From: Myxococcota bacterium
GTDB taxonomy: Bacteria > Myxococcota_A > UBA9160 > UBA4427
Length of the DNA stretch: 29,951 nucleotides
Assembly (NCBI GenBank): GCA_044379055.1
Contig: JBIPOQ010000001.1
Coordinates: 1-29,951, forward strand
Direction: 5' to 3'
Shown: positions 29,893-29,951 of the stretch, piece after piece
Layout of the letters: each line of letters begins with the position of its first letter
Numbering within the stretch: position 1 is the stretch's first letter
Notes under the pieces: generated by a model
The model's input: only the letters and a program-made list of their open reading frames with translations
The model's database searches: none
Told to the model about the DNA's origin: nothing
Program-made: the position numbers and the translations under genes

Positions 29893-29951
29893 GGCGGGGA
29901 CCGTATCCTCTGTGCCCCGGGGTGTCGACCGTTTCGGGGGGTCGGGAGGCC

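Noticed and set aside
1-29951. CRISPR array, tRNA, rRNA, IS element, integrase or prophage
   Set aside because: No regularly spaced direct repeats, cloverleaf, rRNA-like sequence, transposase/integrase motif or terminal inverted repeats were found by inspection.

Overview
High-GC (roughly 70% by eye, not computed) bacterial chromosomal window with about 18 genes, no rRNA, tRNA, CRISPR or mobile element that I can support. The gene content (PEP-CTERM proteins, a receiver-PilZ hybrid, paired M16 peptidases, a TPS system) suggests a Gram-negative, possibly Myxococcota/deltaproteobacteria-like organism; this is inference. Left to right: 3' end of an MBL-fold hydrolase; etfB-etfA; a lipoprotein; PEP-CTERM protein 1; a minus-strand MFP-RND-MOSC operon; a pseudo-receiver-PilZ protein; a thiolase-like (TLP1-type) protein; efp-patatin-WYL regulator; a two-partner secretion pair (TpsB, then a 2814-aa acidic TpsA); and a convergent minus-strand M16 alpha-M16 beta-SGNH-like/PKD/PEP-CTERM cluster. 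The most interesting element is the TPS pair: TpsB carries three long insertions at predicted periplasmic turns, and TpsA has candidate Ca2+-binding DxDxDG loops and ends in an unassigned alpha-helical domain, with no CDI toxin/immunity layout. Also notable are the putative surface-anchored SGNH-like esterase, the MOSC gene coupled to an RND pump, and the patatin-WYL coupling. Most long ORFs in the supplied track are antisense or off-frame shadows of high-GC genes.
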